Below are positions 26,848-35,741 of a DNA stretch of 36,056 bases, piece by piece. A model generated the notes under the pieces. That model was not told the DNA's origin. It worked only from the letters and a program-made list of their open reading frames with translations, and ran no database searches. The DNA is from an uncultured virus (IMG/VR IMGVR_UViG_3300037307_000895). Taxonomy: Duplodnaviria; Heunggongvirae; Uroviricota; Caudoviricetes. A program made the position numbers and the translations under genes. Location: the IMG/VR virus record IMGVR_UViG_3300037307_000895; one strand, 5' to 3'. Each line of letters starts with the position of its first letter. The stretch's first letter is position 1.

Positions 26848-27606
26848 ATGGCGTCATATGCGATAGAAGAATTAATAGATTTTGTACAAAATGAAATAAC
26901 AGTTGGGTGTTCTTTACCTAAGACTTTACCAGATACTGAGATAAGAAGATTTGCTGAAACGAGAGCCACTAAATGGTTTTATCAAAATTATCAATATGCA
27001 GTATCAAAAGTGTATTATTTTGTTGATAAAGCAGCTTTTTCTACTGAAGAATTTACAATGTATAGTTATATAACTCTTCCTTGTGAAATTCAATCAGTTA
27101 CCTACATATATCAAGTTAGAGGAGAATCTTTGATGCAGTTAGGTATAAATACTCCTAATTTATCTGTAAACCTTGGTGTTACTAACCAACCATATCTGTC
27201 ATCATATGTTACAACCATTGGTGAATTGGGTGTTTATAAAACTTTAATTGACTCATTATCTGATATGATGAATCAATTAAATAAATATACTGTTAAATAT
27301 CACTATAATCAGTTAATGAATAGGTTAAATATTTTAACTAATATTAAATATGATTTAATTTTAGAGACATATGCAAATATACCTGCTGAAAATTTATATA
27401 CCGATCCTTATTTCTTAAAATATGTTACTGGGTGGGCTAAACAACAAACTGGAATGTTATTAGGTAGATATGATTTTACACTTCCTGGTGGAGTTAAGTT
27501 TAATTCAGCGGACCTTGTATCTCAAGGCAAAGAGGAAATGAAAGAAGTTGAAGAAGAAATCAAGAACATGAGTCAGAGTGCGTGGTTTTACATGGTTAAG
27601 AAGTAG
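26848..27606 (+). CDS. T4 gp13-like neck protein
   Basis: C-terminal KY...AK...G..LG....LPGGV.FN...L...G.EE...EEE pattern. Confidence 0.78.
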   Translation: MASYAIEELIDFVQNEITVGCSLPKTLPDTEIRRFAETRATKWFYQNYQYAVSKVYYFVDKAAFSTEEFTMYSYITLPCEIQSVTYIYQVRGESLMQLGINTPNLSVNLGVTNQPYLSSYVTTIGELGVYKTLIDSLSDMMNQLNKYTVKYHYNQLMNRLNILTNIKYDLILETYANIPAENLYTDPYFLKYVTGWAKQQTGMLLGRYDFTLPGGVKFNSADLVSQGKEEMKEVEEEIKNMSQSAWFYMVKK

Positions 27607-27635
27607 GTTACCATTTTTAAAATATGTTCACTCCT

Positions 27636-27661
27636 AAACAAATAATTCTCATTTAATATAA
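27636..27661 (+). promoter_or_regulatory. Bipartite motif AAAC-N16-ATATAA
   Basis: Ends 5 nt before ATG 27667. Confidence 0.5.
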
Positions 27662-27666
27662 AATAA

Positions 27667-28533
27667 ATGAGAGCCCGATTAGTTATTGATTGTTTCACTT
27701 TTTTTAATGAACTCAAAATGTTAGAGTTCAGATTATCCGAGATGTATGATTTTGTAGATTACTTCGTTTTGGTGGAGTCTACTAAAACATTTAGTGATAA
27801 AGATAAACCTTTATACTATCAGAATAATAAACACCTCTTTGAAAAATGGAGGGATAAAATACTTCATGTTATTGTTGATGATATTGATATGCCTAAAGTA
27901 AAAGATCCTGATGACTTTGAGATAATAGGGAATCAATCCAACGATGAAAATTGGACTAGAGAAAGATTTCAAAGAAATTCTTGTATGAAAGCTCTTAAAA
28001 AACTTGATCTGAGAAATGATGATGTTATTTTAATCAATGATGTCGATGAAATTATAAACCAAAATGTTCTTGATTATTTTAAAAGAATGGGTGTCTCTGG
28101 TTTATATGTTTTAGCATTGGATGCTTATTTATATTCTCTTAGATATAAAGTAAACGATACATATCCTGCTAGAATATGTACAGGTGCTAGAGCAATTGAT
28201 TGGGAAAGTTTGTTGGAAATAGGAACGCCAGATAAAGTCAGAAATACATTTTTACATAATAAAGAATATTATCCTAATGGAGCTAAAAATGATAGACTAT
28301 ATGCGTGGATAATTCCAAACTGTGGTTGGCATTTTTCATACTTTGGAACTAAAGAAGATATAATAAAAAAGATAAATAGTTACTCTCACCAAGAATTAAA
28401 TAATGATGTAACCATAAATAACTTAGATGATTTCATCAATAGTGGTAAATATATTTCTTCTGAGTATACTACTTCAATAATTGAGATTGGAGATAATAAT
28501 AACTTACCAAATAATTATAGAATATTATTGTGA
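27667..28533 (+). CDS. GT17 family glycosyltransferase, second paralogue
   Basis: DCFTFFNEL.ML..RL, VEST.TF, RERFQRN, NDVDEI, GWHFSYF, SYSHQE. Confidence 0.88.
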   Translation: MRARLVIDCFTFFNELKMLEFRLSEMYDFVDYFVLVESTKTFSDKDKPLYYQNNKHLFEKWRDKILHVIVDDIDMPKVKDPDDFEIIGNQSNDENWTRERFQRNSCMKALKKLDLRNDDVILINDVDEIINQNVLDYFKRMGVSGLYVLALDAYLYSLRYKVNDTYPARICTGARAIDWESLLEIGTPDKVRNTFLHNKEYYPNGAKNDRLYAWIIPNCGWHFSYFGTKEDIIKKINSYSHQELNNDVTINNLDDFINSGKYISSEYTTSIIEIGDNNNLPNNYRILL

Positions 28534-28539
28534 TATTTT

Positions 28540-28549
28540 TAATATATAA
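28540..28549 (+). promoter_or_regulatory. Putative late promoter (TAATATATAA)
   Basis: 3 nt before ATG 28553. Confidence 0.5.
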
Positions 28550-28552
28550 TTA

Positions 28553-29632
28553 ATGAAATATATTAAAGAATATCATGTTTTCATAGACGACGACACTTTT
28601 GATTTGATATATTCTGATATAAAAGATATTATGTCGGATATTAATCTTGAATTAAAAGAAGAGCATGATGATATTCAAAAAAAGAGAATAAACTTGGGAT
28701 TGCGCCCTTTCCCATCAAGTCCACAACTTTATATTAATATAAATACTTTATCTTTAAATTTATCAATTAATTTTAGTCAGAAATACAATGAAGATATTGT
28801 TTCTATGAATTGCATAGGAGATGTCACAAAAGCTGAAAATAAAATTAAAAGAATGATTAAGTTTATATCAGCGAAGTATGGTATAAGTCTATCTTATGGA
28901 ATATTCTTTGGTCATCAAATATTAATTTCCAAACCAGAAATAGTTGATAGAATTAAATTCTTATATAATTTCGAAAGAAAAGAAGAACAAGAATTTTTTC
29001 TATATTACGAAACAATTGATTTAGAATTGGATTCTAAATATAATATGATATCAGAAGAAATTGTGAGTGAATATGATATTAAATTTATATCAATGGATGG
29101 TGATGTTGGACTAAAGGGGTTTAGATTAGTGATTCATTCAAAGGTTGATAAAATATCATATGTATATGATTTTCAAAGAGGCAATTATTTAGAAAATGAT
29201 AATATTGAATATCTTGTTGATATTTATAAATCAAAATTCATATATAGTAGTGATGTTAAGGCGGTTAGTATTAAATCAAAAATGTTAGACTCCGGAGCAA
29301 ATTTAATAGACAGTTATAAATTTACTTGTAATATACATGATGATAAATGTATAGAATTTTATGAGTTATTTATGGATAACTTTATTAAAAATTCTGGAAT
29401 GTCAAAATCAAAACTATTATTAGATTTATTGAACAAATTATTAGAAAACACTTTTTTTGAAATAGAAGAGTATGATATTGAAAATGGTGAAATTGTTTTA
29501 TATATAAATGATAAAATAATTAAAATATCAGTAAATAATGATTTAAAAATTAAAGTTGATGGAATAAAAGTAGAAGAGAACGATGTGATAGAAGAAATAT
29601 ATTTAAAATTAACTGATAAAAATGCCATATAA
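28553..29632 (+). CDS. Hypothetical protein with leader MKYIKEY..F
   Basis: 359 aa ORF. Confidence 0.75.
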   Translation: MKYIKEYHVFIDDDTFDLIYSDIKDIMSDINLELKEEHDDIQKKRINLGLRPFPSSPQLYININTLSLNLSINFSQKYNEDIVSMNCIGDVTKAENKIKRMIKFISAKYGISLSYGIFFGHQILISKPEIVDRIKFLYNFERKEEQEFFLYYETIDLELDSKYNMISEEIVSEYDIKFISMDGDVGLKGFRLVIHSKVDKISYVYDFQRGNYLENDNIEYLVDIYKSKFIYSSDVKAVSIKSKMLDSGANLIDSYKFTCNIHDDKCIEFYELFMDNFIKNSGMSKSKLLLDLLNKLLENTFFEIEEYDIENGEIVLYINDKIIKISVNNDLKIKVDGIKVEENDVIEEIYLKLTDKNAI

Positions 29633-30113
29633 ATATATAAAATTATTTGAGGAATTTGTGAAAACTAACAATTACACATATGAGTTTAAAGAAGCTGATA
29701 TAAATTATCAGGTCTCCTTTGAAGAATTAGAAGAAGGAAAATTTAATATTACCTATGGTGTTTTGGATTCAGAAGACTCCGTGAAGTACACAACCTTAAA
29801 TAAGAATAATGTGTATAGGGTTGTAAATAATGTTGTTAATTGCATCAAGGATTTTATTATCTCAAATCCTCAGGTTAGTTATATAGAATTTTTTGGAGTA
29901 CCAGATAAAAAAAGTAAAACTGATTGGATACTTAAATTGTTTGGTAAAAATATGTATTTGGACTATATGGTTGTTTTATTATATGATATTGTTACAAAAA
30001 GAGTTATAGATACCAAAAGAACACGAATATTCACAAGATGGGCCGAAAGAGAATCTAAAAAGATGAATTGGAATATTAAAAAATTAGGTAATAAAATAAT
30101 ACTTACTCGATAA
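29622..30113 (+). CDS. Hypothetical protein with leader MPYKYIKLFEEF
   Basis: 163 aa ORF overlapping the upstream stop. Confidence 0.75.
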   Translation: MPYKYIKLFEEFVKTNNYTYEFKEADINYQVSFEELEEGKFNITYGVLDSEDSVKYTTLNKNNVYRVVNNVVNCIKDFIISNPQVSYIEFFGVPDKKSKTDWILKLFGKNMYLDYMVVLLYDIVTKRVIDTKRTRIFTRWAERESKKMNWNIKKLGNKIILTR

Positions 30114-30471
30114 TTTTATCAATTTTTTCCTCTCTCATTTTTCTATACGCCACACCATCATAATCAATATAAGCTCCTCTAACATAAGTTATTCCATTTT
30201 GCGAACTAAATCCATATAATACAAAACATTTTGGAAAAGGACTTGTTTTTACATCCTCTAATCTTAATGTCATGCATGAAACTGATTGTGATAATATTTT
30301 CTCTTCCTTTAAATAATAATTAACGAATATCGGCTGGTCAACTAAATATCTAACAGAGGACAATTCAGATAAGTATCTGATATATCTATCTTCTTCTCCG
30401 GCAAATCTTTGTTGTAGGATTTTATATCTTTCTTCTACATCTATAGGTAATTCGTGTAATATTTTATTCAT
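30103..30471 (-). CDS. Hypothetical protein ending MREEKIDKIIE
   Basis: Start moved to ATG 30471 (MNKILHELP), 10 nt after the guaC stop, which removes the overlap. Confidence 0.7.
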   Translation of the reverse strand: MNKILHELPIDVEERYKILQQRFAGEEDRYIRYLSELSSVRYLVDQPIFVNYYLKEEKILSQSVSCMTLRLEDVKTSPFPKCFVLYGFSSQNGITYVRGAYIDYDGVAYRKMREEKIDKIIE

Positions 30472-30481
30472 TTTAATTATA

Positions 30482-31426
30482 TTATTTTGTATGTGCAATC
30501 CACTTAACAGAATTAAAACAAGATAAATCTTTCCCCCCACCATAAGATATAGCACTTTGTAAACACTCTTTTAAATATTGATATCCATCTAAAATCGACC
30601 TATCTTTATATTCAACTAATATTTTTTTACCTTCAATTCGATTTGTCTTATTAGACTGATGTGCTGAGGCGCTTCCCCAAAACTCTTTAAAATATTTACC
30701 ATCAATAAAAATTTTGTGTCCAGGTGAATCATCGTATCCTGATAACATGCCACCTATCATTACCATAGTCGCCCCCATTACTAAACTTTTAGCTATGTCG
30801 CCAGGCTCTTTTATACCACCATCTGCAATAATAGGAACTTTAGAGACCGATGAACATTCTAATATAACGGAAGCTTGACAATTTCTACTACCAAATCCGG
30901 TCGCTGGGTAAGTAGTACAGGCGCTACCAGGACCAATTCCAACCTTAATAGCATCTGCTCCCCAATTTTGTAGGTCATAAACTGCGTCTTTTGTTGAAAC
31001 ATTTCCTGCTATAATAAAAGAACTAAACTTAGATTTTAAATAGGTTATCATTCTTTCCATAGAAATTGCATGGCCATGTGCTATGTCTATTGTTATAAAA
31101 TCTGGTATAATATTTTCTTTTAGCAATTGTTCTAACAAATCATAAGAATCTTGATTCACACCAACCGATATAGATACCAACAAATTTTCTTTTTTCATTT
31201 CTCTACAAAATTCAAGTGTGTTTCCAAATCTATGCATTATGTAAAAAAATCCATTTTTAGCCAAGTTTTTAGCTATATTTATATCTATTACTGCTTCCAT
31301 GTTCGCTGGAACAACAGGCATTTTAAATTCATGTTTACCAAAAGTTAGAGATGTTTCAATCTCTGATCTAGAATCAACTAAGCATTTTTTTGGCACTAAA
31401 TTAATATCATTAAAATCAAATTTCAT
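30482..31426 (-). CDS. guaC: GMP reductase (GuaC, short Bacillus-type)
   Basis: PVVPANM, ITIDIAHGH, IAGNV, KVGIGPGSACTT, IADGGI, GSAS, LQSAISY.GG; no CBS domains; start at MKFDFNDI. Confidence 0.9.
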   Translation of the reverse strand: MKFDFNDINLVPKKCLVDSRSEIETSLTFGKHEFKMPVVPANMEAVIDINIAKNLAKNGFFYIMHRFGNTLEFCREMKKENLLVSISVGVNQDSYDLLEQLLKENIIPDFITIDIAHGHAISMERMITYLKSKFSSFIIAGNVSTKDAVYDLQNWGADAIKVGIGPGSACTTYPATGFGSRNCQASVILECSSVSKVPIIADGGIKEPGDIAKSLVMGATMVMIGGMLSGYDDSPGHKIFIDGKYFKEFWGSASAHQSNKTNRIEGKKILVEYKDRSILDGYQYLKECLQSAISYGGGKDLSCFNSVKWIAHTK

Positions 31427-31439
31427 ATAATTAATTTTT

Positions 31440-31742
31440 TTAATAAAATGAATATTTATCATGTTCAATTATGCAATAAATTGAACATGGATAAAGCTCA
31501 ACATGAGTATCATGTTCATCCACCACAAATCGGCATGTCCCATCAATAATTTCTTCATTCATAATTCTAATGGTCATGTTATTTAATCCCCTTAATATAA
31601 TATAAATCGGATCTTCTTTTTCTATTCTAATAGATTCTTTTTTACCAACTAACTTACCATTATTATCCTCGAAATATGACTTTTCTATAACTCTTTTTAA
31701 TTCTTTAGATTTGTCATATTCTATTTTCATCTCGTACTTCAT
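31440..31742 (-). CDS. Hypothetical protein
   Basis: 100 aa ORF within the minus-strand operon. Confidence 0.65.
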   Translation of the reverse strand: MKYEMKIEYDKSKELKRVIEKSYFEDNNGKLVGKKESIRIEKEDPIYIILRGLNNMTIRIMNEEIIDGTCRFVVDEHDTHVELYPCSIYCIIEHDKYSFY

Positions 31743-31749
31743 ATATTGA

Positions 31750-32745
31750 TTATTTTTTCCAGAATGAGTATATTCCCTTTTCTATCTCATAATTGCCCCA
31801 ATGAAACCTATCTCTGTTTGGTTGCTTTTGGGCCCAATCCCACATTTGTTTTAATCCATCATGTAATGATGTTTTATCATAATACCCTAAAAGTCGCATT
31901 GATTTTATCCAAGTTGGATGAGCGTCTTTAACTTCGTGTCTGGATTCTTTATAGATAACATCCCCTCCATTTATTACTTCTCTTAAAATTCTATTGGCCT
32001 CATTTATGCTATAATGAGTTGTGCCGCCTAGATTAATAATTTCTTTAGAACAATTTTCTTGAACGGCCGCTTTCCAAAGTGGTTCTAAGCAATCGTCAAT
32101 GAAGCTGAAAGCCCGGGTTTGTTCACCATCACCAAATATAGTCATTGGTTCATTATTCATATATTGATACATCCATATACCTAAGACATTCCTATATCTA
32201 TCCCATATATTTTGATTAACCCCATAAACATTATGTGGTCTAATTATACACCAATCTAAACCATGTTGTTCACCAGCTACTTTTATATCCATTTCACAAG
32301 CATATTTAGCGATTCCATATGGGTCAACTGGTTCGGGAATATGTAATTCATCAAATGGTGGGGTTCCGTGTCCGTAAACAGCCATGGTAGATGTGAAAAC
32401 TAATCTTTTTACATCATATTTTATACAATTATTTATTACGTTTGCGGTGGCTACTAAATTATTTTGATAATTAAATTTTCTAATAAATGGGGATAATCCT
32501 TCTGCCGCATATGCTGCTAAATGATATACATAAGTTGGTAAGTTTTCTTGAAATATTATATCAAGATTTCCTGAATTTATATCCATGTGATAGAATTTAA
32601 CCTCTTTAGGAACATTCTCAATGTATCCACCACTCAAATCATCAACACCTATTACCTCATATTCAGTTTGATTTTTTATTATCCACTCAGCTAATCTCGA
32701 TCCTATTAATCCGGCTACACCTGTAATCAAAATAGTTTTTCTCAT
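31750..32745 (-). CDS. NAD-dependent NDP-sugar epimerase/dehydratase (4-epimerase-like)
   Basis: TGVAGLIG, DDLSGG, HLAA, YGIAK, RPHNVYG, GDGEQTRAF. Confidence 0.92.
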   Translation of the reverse strand: MRKTILITGVAGLIGSRLAEWIIKNQTEYEVIGVDDLSGGYIENVPKEVKFYHMDINSGNLDIIFQENLPTYVYHLAAYAAEGLSPFIRKFNYQNNLVATANVINNCIKYDVKRLVFTSTMAVYGHGTPPFDELHIPEPVDPYGIAKYACEMDIKVAGEQHGLDWCIIRPHNVYGVNQNIWDRYRNVLGIWMYQYMNNEPMTIFGDGEQTRAFSFIDDCLEPLWKAAVQENCSKEIINLGGTTHYSINEANRILREVINGGDVIYKESRHEVKDAHPTWIKSMRLLGYYDKTSLHDGLKQMWDWAQKQPNRDRFHWGNYEIEKGIYSFWKK

Positions 32746-32770
32746 TTATTTTAGATTATTTTTACTTTAT

Positions 32771-32796
32771 TTATATCATCAAATATCAATATGTTT
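32771..32796 (-). promoter_or_regulatory. Bipartite motif AAAC-N16-ATATAA
   Basis: Upstream of the epimerase-guaC operon. Confidence 0.55.
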
Positions 32797-33817
32797 ATAT
32801 TACTTGCTTGAGCTTATTAAATACCTTAAATTGTTCATCATTTAATATCTTTGGTATTTTAATATTTACTTTTATAAGTAAGTCCCCATATCCACCTACA
32901 GTCCCATTGTGACTAAGCATAGGTATTCCTTTTTGTTTAATATTAAATACTTTTCCACTATCACACCCATTTGGAATTTTTAATTTGACCTTACCTGTTG
33001 GAGAATTTATTTCTATTTCTGTTCCGAGAACTGCATCTGGTATACTTATCCACTCTTCGTAAACTAAATTAACACCTTCTCTTCTAAATTTAGGATCTGG
33101 TATGTCTTCTATTACAATGTATAAGTCACCATTGATGCCGTTTTTAATTTGGTTCCCGTATCCTGCCATAGTCATCTGCATTCCATTTATTGCACCAGGT
33201 GGTATGTTGATATCAATGATTTCTTCTTTACTTTCGGTTCCAACACCATGACATTTTCCACAACGATGTTTGACAGTTGTTCCTTCACCATGACAATCAT
33301 TACACATCATAGTTTGTTGTATTCTACCGAACGGGGTTGACTGTACTATAGTTTTATGTCCGGTTCCGTTACATCCATGACAACTCACTACATCTTTTCC
33401 ACCAGTTCCATTACAAGACGCACAATGAACTTGTCTGTTATATTTTATTTTCTTTTGTGTGCCATTAATTACCTCATGAATCATCAGTGATGATTTTATT
33501 CTCAAATCTGATCCTCTTTTTTGAGGTTTTCTATTATTGAAACCGAAAGCTCCTCCAAATATATCTCCAAATTGAGAGAAGATATCATCCATATTAAATC
33601 CGCCTCTTCTATTGTCAGTAGTCCCAAAAGTATCATAATTTTTCCTTTTTTCTGGGTCAGAGAGAACTTCGTAAGCTTCGGCCGCTTCCTTAAATAAATT
33701 TTCATCACCTCCTTTGTCCGGGTGATGTTCTATTGCTTTTTTTCGGTATGCTTTTTTTATTTCATCTTGTGAGGCGGTTTTACTAACCCCCAATATATCA
33801 TAATAATTTTTACTCAT
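32795..33817 (-). CDS. dnaJ: Chaperone DnaJ (class A)
   Basis: J-domain with HPD, G/F region with DIF, four CxxCxGxG repeats, GDLY and GDLL C-terminal domains. Confidence 0.96.
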   Translation of the reverse strand: MSKNYYDILGVSKTASQDEIKKAYRKKAIEHHPDKGGDENLFKEAAEAYEVLSDPEKRKNYDTFGTTDNRRGGFNMDDIFSQFGDIFGGAFGFNNRKPQKRGSDLRIKSSLMIHEVINGTQKKIKYNRQVHCASCNGTGGKDVVSCHGCNGTGHKTIVQSTPFGRIQQTMMCNDCHGEGTTVKHRCGKCHGVGTESKEEIIDINIPPGAINGMQMTMAGYGNQIKNGINGDLYIVIEDIPDPKFRREGVNLVYEEWISIPDAVLGTEIEINSPTGKVKLKIPNGCDSGKVFNIKQKGIPMLSHNGTVGGYGDLLIKVNIKIPKILNDEQFKVFNKLKQVI

Positions 33818-33836
33818 ATCTATTATTTATTAGTTT

Positions 33837-34523
33837 TTAGTTCCACCATTTTGTTCCTATTAAATAGTTTTCAACCAACCCTTGTTCAACATATTTTTTC
33901 ATATTCATCATATCTTGGTTTTTAATTGGACCTAGCTCTAATTCTAGATCTTTGTCATCTAAAGTAGCAGATAAACTTCCTTCAATTTTTAATCCTTCTA
34001 TTAAATAATTTGGTTTTTTACTTCTATAAAATAACCAATCATCTCCGGCCCACAATTTCAAATCGTCAGGAATTTTATCCCAGTTTTTTTTATGCACAAA
34101 AAAACAGCAAGCAAAACCAGTAGGTCTATAACCCATTGTAGTTTTACCATCTGGTAAAGGAGAAGAAAATTTAAATTCACTTATTGGTTTTTTATAGTTA
34201 TCTGTGGACATACCTACAAACCCAACATCTTCAGTAATAAAATTATCTATGTTTTTTAAATAAGACCAATCAAACCACACATCATCATTCATAAAACAAA
34301 GTTTATCAAATGTAGCCATTTCTGCTCCTTTATTCCAAGCAGGATTTATATAAGTGTTTTTACCTTCACATATATGCTTTAATTTAGGAACATGCATTTG
34401 CACAAAATTATCACTATTGTCAATCAATATTATTTCACCCACTGTTTCACAATTGGATAATTCCTGTATTGTATCGTATATTCTCTGAATTCGCATCAAA
34501 GATGGTATAATAACACTAATCAT
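33837..34523 (-). CDS. GT2-like glycosyltransferase
   Basis: ISVIIPS, IILIDN, NPAWN.G, MNDDV, WAGDDW. Confidence 0.85.
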   Translation of the reverse strand: MISVIIPSLMRIQRIYDTIQELSNCETVGEIILIDNSDNFVQMHVPKLKHICEGKNTYINPAWNKGAEMATFDKLCFMNDDVWFDWSYLKNIDNFITEDVGFVGMSTDNYKKPISEFKFSSPLPDGKTTMGYRPTGFACCFFVHKKNWDKIPDDLKLWAGDDWLFYRSKKPNYLIEGLKIEGSLSATLDDKDLELELGPIKNQDMMNMKKYVEQGLVENYLIGTKWWN

Positions 34524-34540
34524 AAGTCAAATATTTTAAT

Positions 34541-34567
34541 ATATATGTTTAAATTTGTTTTAAGTTT
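34541..34567 (-). promoter_or_regulatory. Bipartite motif AAAC-N17-ATATAT
   Basis: Upstream of the GT2-dnaJ operon. Confidence 0.5.
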
Positions 34568-34608
34568 TAATAGATATTTATTATATTTACATAAAATACA
34601 ATTGTTAA

Positions 34609-35382
34609 ATGATATACGAAAAAATATATGACTTCTGTAAAGTCAGAAATAGTGGAAATTGTTTCAGAAATGGAACAGAGCCTACACCCAGAGTTAAATT
34701 CTTGATGAACCTATTAGAAGAAGAAGGAATAGATTATGAATTAGACGAATTTGAAGAAGAAAAAGGATTAAAGAGATATAATGATTCTGAAAATAAATAT
34801 TTTAATATCATTTTAAGAGGAAATTCTAATAAAATGATAGTAGCTCATCATGATGTCAACAACGCTAATATTGATAACGCAAATGATAATTCCGCTTCTG
34901 TGATTAATTTAATTGCTACAAAAAAATTAAAACCAGAAATACATGCTGTAATTTTAGATGGTGAAGAATTTGGAGGAATTGGTTCTCATAGACTATCTAA
35001 ACAAATTAAAAATGGTGATTTTGGAGAAATAGAATGGGTATTAAACTATGAGTTAACCGGGAAAGGAGGAAAATATTTCTTCATAGGTGACTATCCAGGC
35101 CCTTTAAGTGACAAAATAAAATCACTGTTCAATTGTCCTGTAGTTAGAACCCCATTTAACGATTCAGTTATTCTAAGAAGATACGGAATAGATTCTACTG
35201 TAATAAACCCAGTTCCTCCAATGCCAAATGGAAAAAAATCTGATGTTGTATTTAGTGATGGTACTTTTCTCGACACATCAATTTTGTGGAATTGTCATTC
35301 ACCAAGAGATACTGTTGGAAGTATCTCTGTTGATGATATGAAAGAGTTTGTCGAAACAGTGGCTTTAAAAATATTAAATTAA
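34609..35382 (+). CDS. M28 family metallopeptidase
   Basis: VAHHD, ANDNSASV, DGEEFG..GS, LNYELTG, HSPRD. Confidence 0.85.
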   Translation: MIYEKIYDFCKVRNSGNCFRNGTEPTPRVKFLMNLLEEEGIDYELDEFEEEKGLKRYNDSENKYFNIILRGNSNKMIVAHHDVNNANIDNANDNSASVINLIATKKLKPEIHAVILDGEEFGGIGSHRLSKQIKNGDFGEIEWVLNYELTGKGGKYFFIGDYPGPLSDKIKSLFNCPVVRTPFNDSVILRRYGIDSTVINPVPPMPNGKKSDVVFSDGTFLDTSILWNCHSPRDTVGSISVDDMKEFVETVALKILN

Positions 35383-35383
35383 T

Positions 35384-35731
35384 ATGGATTATATAGTTTC
35401 CAACGAAACTATTAAAAGACAGATAATAGTTTCTACAAATAAAGTGGATGGTAGAATGATATACAATGGACATAAAATGGGCATTCCTGATTCATTATTG
35501 CCTATCATTCTTAGACATCATCATGAAAGGTATAATAGTACTTTTATATTCTTTGATTATAAAAAGTGGTCGGAAATATATGACATGGAAAAGATAACAC
35601 CAACTATGACTGAATGTTGGTTTAGAAATGCTGATAGCTCAAAAGGATTATTACAATCCTATGATACATTACTCAATCTAATAGAAGAAAAATTCGGCAA
35701 ATTTAAAAATATTTATATAGCTGAGAATTAA
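35384..35731 (+). CDS. Hypothetical protein
   Basis: 115 aa ORF starting 1 nt after the upstream stop. Confidence 0.65.
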   Translation: MDYIVSNETIKRQIIVSTNKVDGRMIYNGHKMGIPDSLLPIILRHHHERYNSTFIFFDYKKWSEIYDMEKITPTMTECWFRNADSSKGLLQSYDTLLNLIEEKFGKFKNIYIAEN

Positions 35732-35738
35732 TATATAG
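35729..35738 (+). promoter_or_regulatory. Putative late promoter (TAATATATAG)
   Basis: 3 nt before ATG 35742. Confidence 0.55.
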
Positions 35739-35741
35739 ATT

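Noticed and set aside
30482..31426. IMP dehydrogenase (guaB)
   Set aside because: Short length, no CBS domains and the PANM, IDIAHGH and LQSAISY motifs fit GuaC better.
34582..34590. TATATTTAC before the M28 peptidase (also at 22091) as a Bacteroidota -7 box
   Set aside because: It ends in A instead of G and has no TTTG at canonical spacing; possible but unsupported.
1655..35473. Short antisense or nested ORFs in the track (1655, 4571, 6791, 7311, 10656, 18094, 19684, 19889, 20157, 21259, 22141, 23963, 24142, 24744, 29359, 31151, 31746, 33149, 33502, 35091, 35252)
   Set aside because: They overlap well-supported genes, mostly show the F/S/I/L bias of antisense shadows, and have no motifs.
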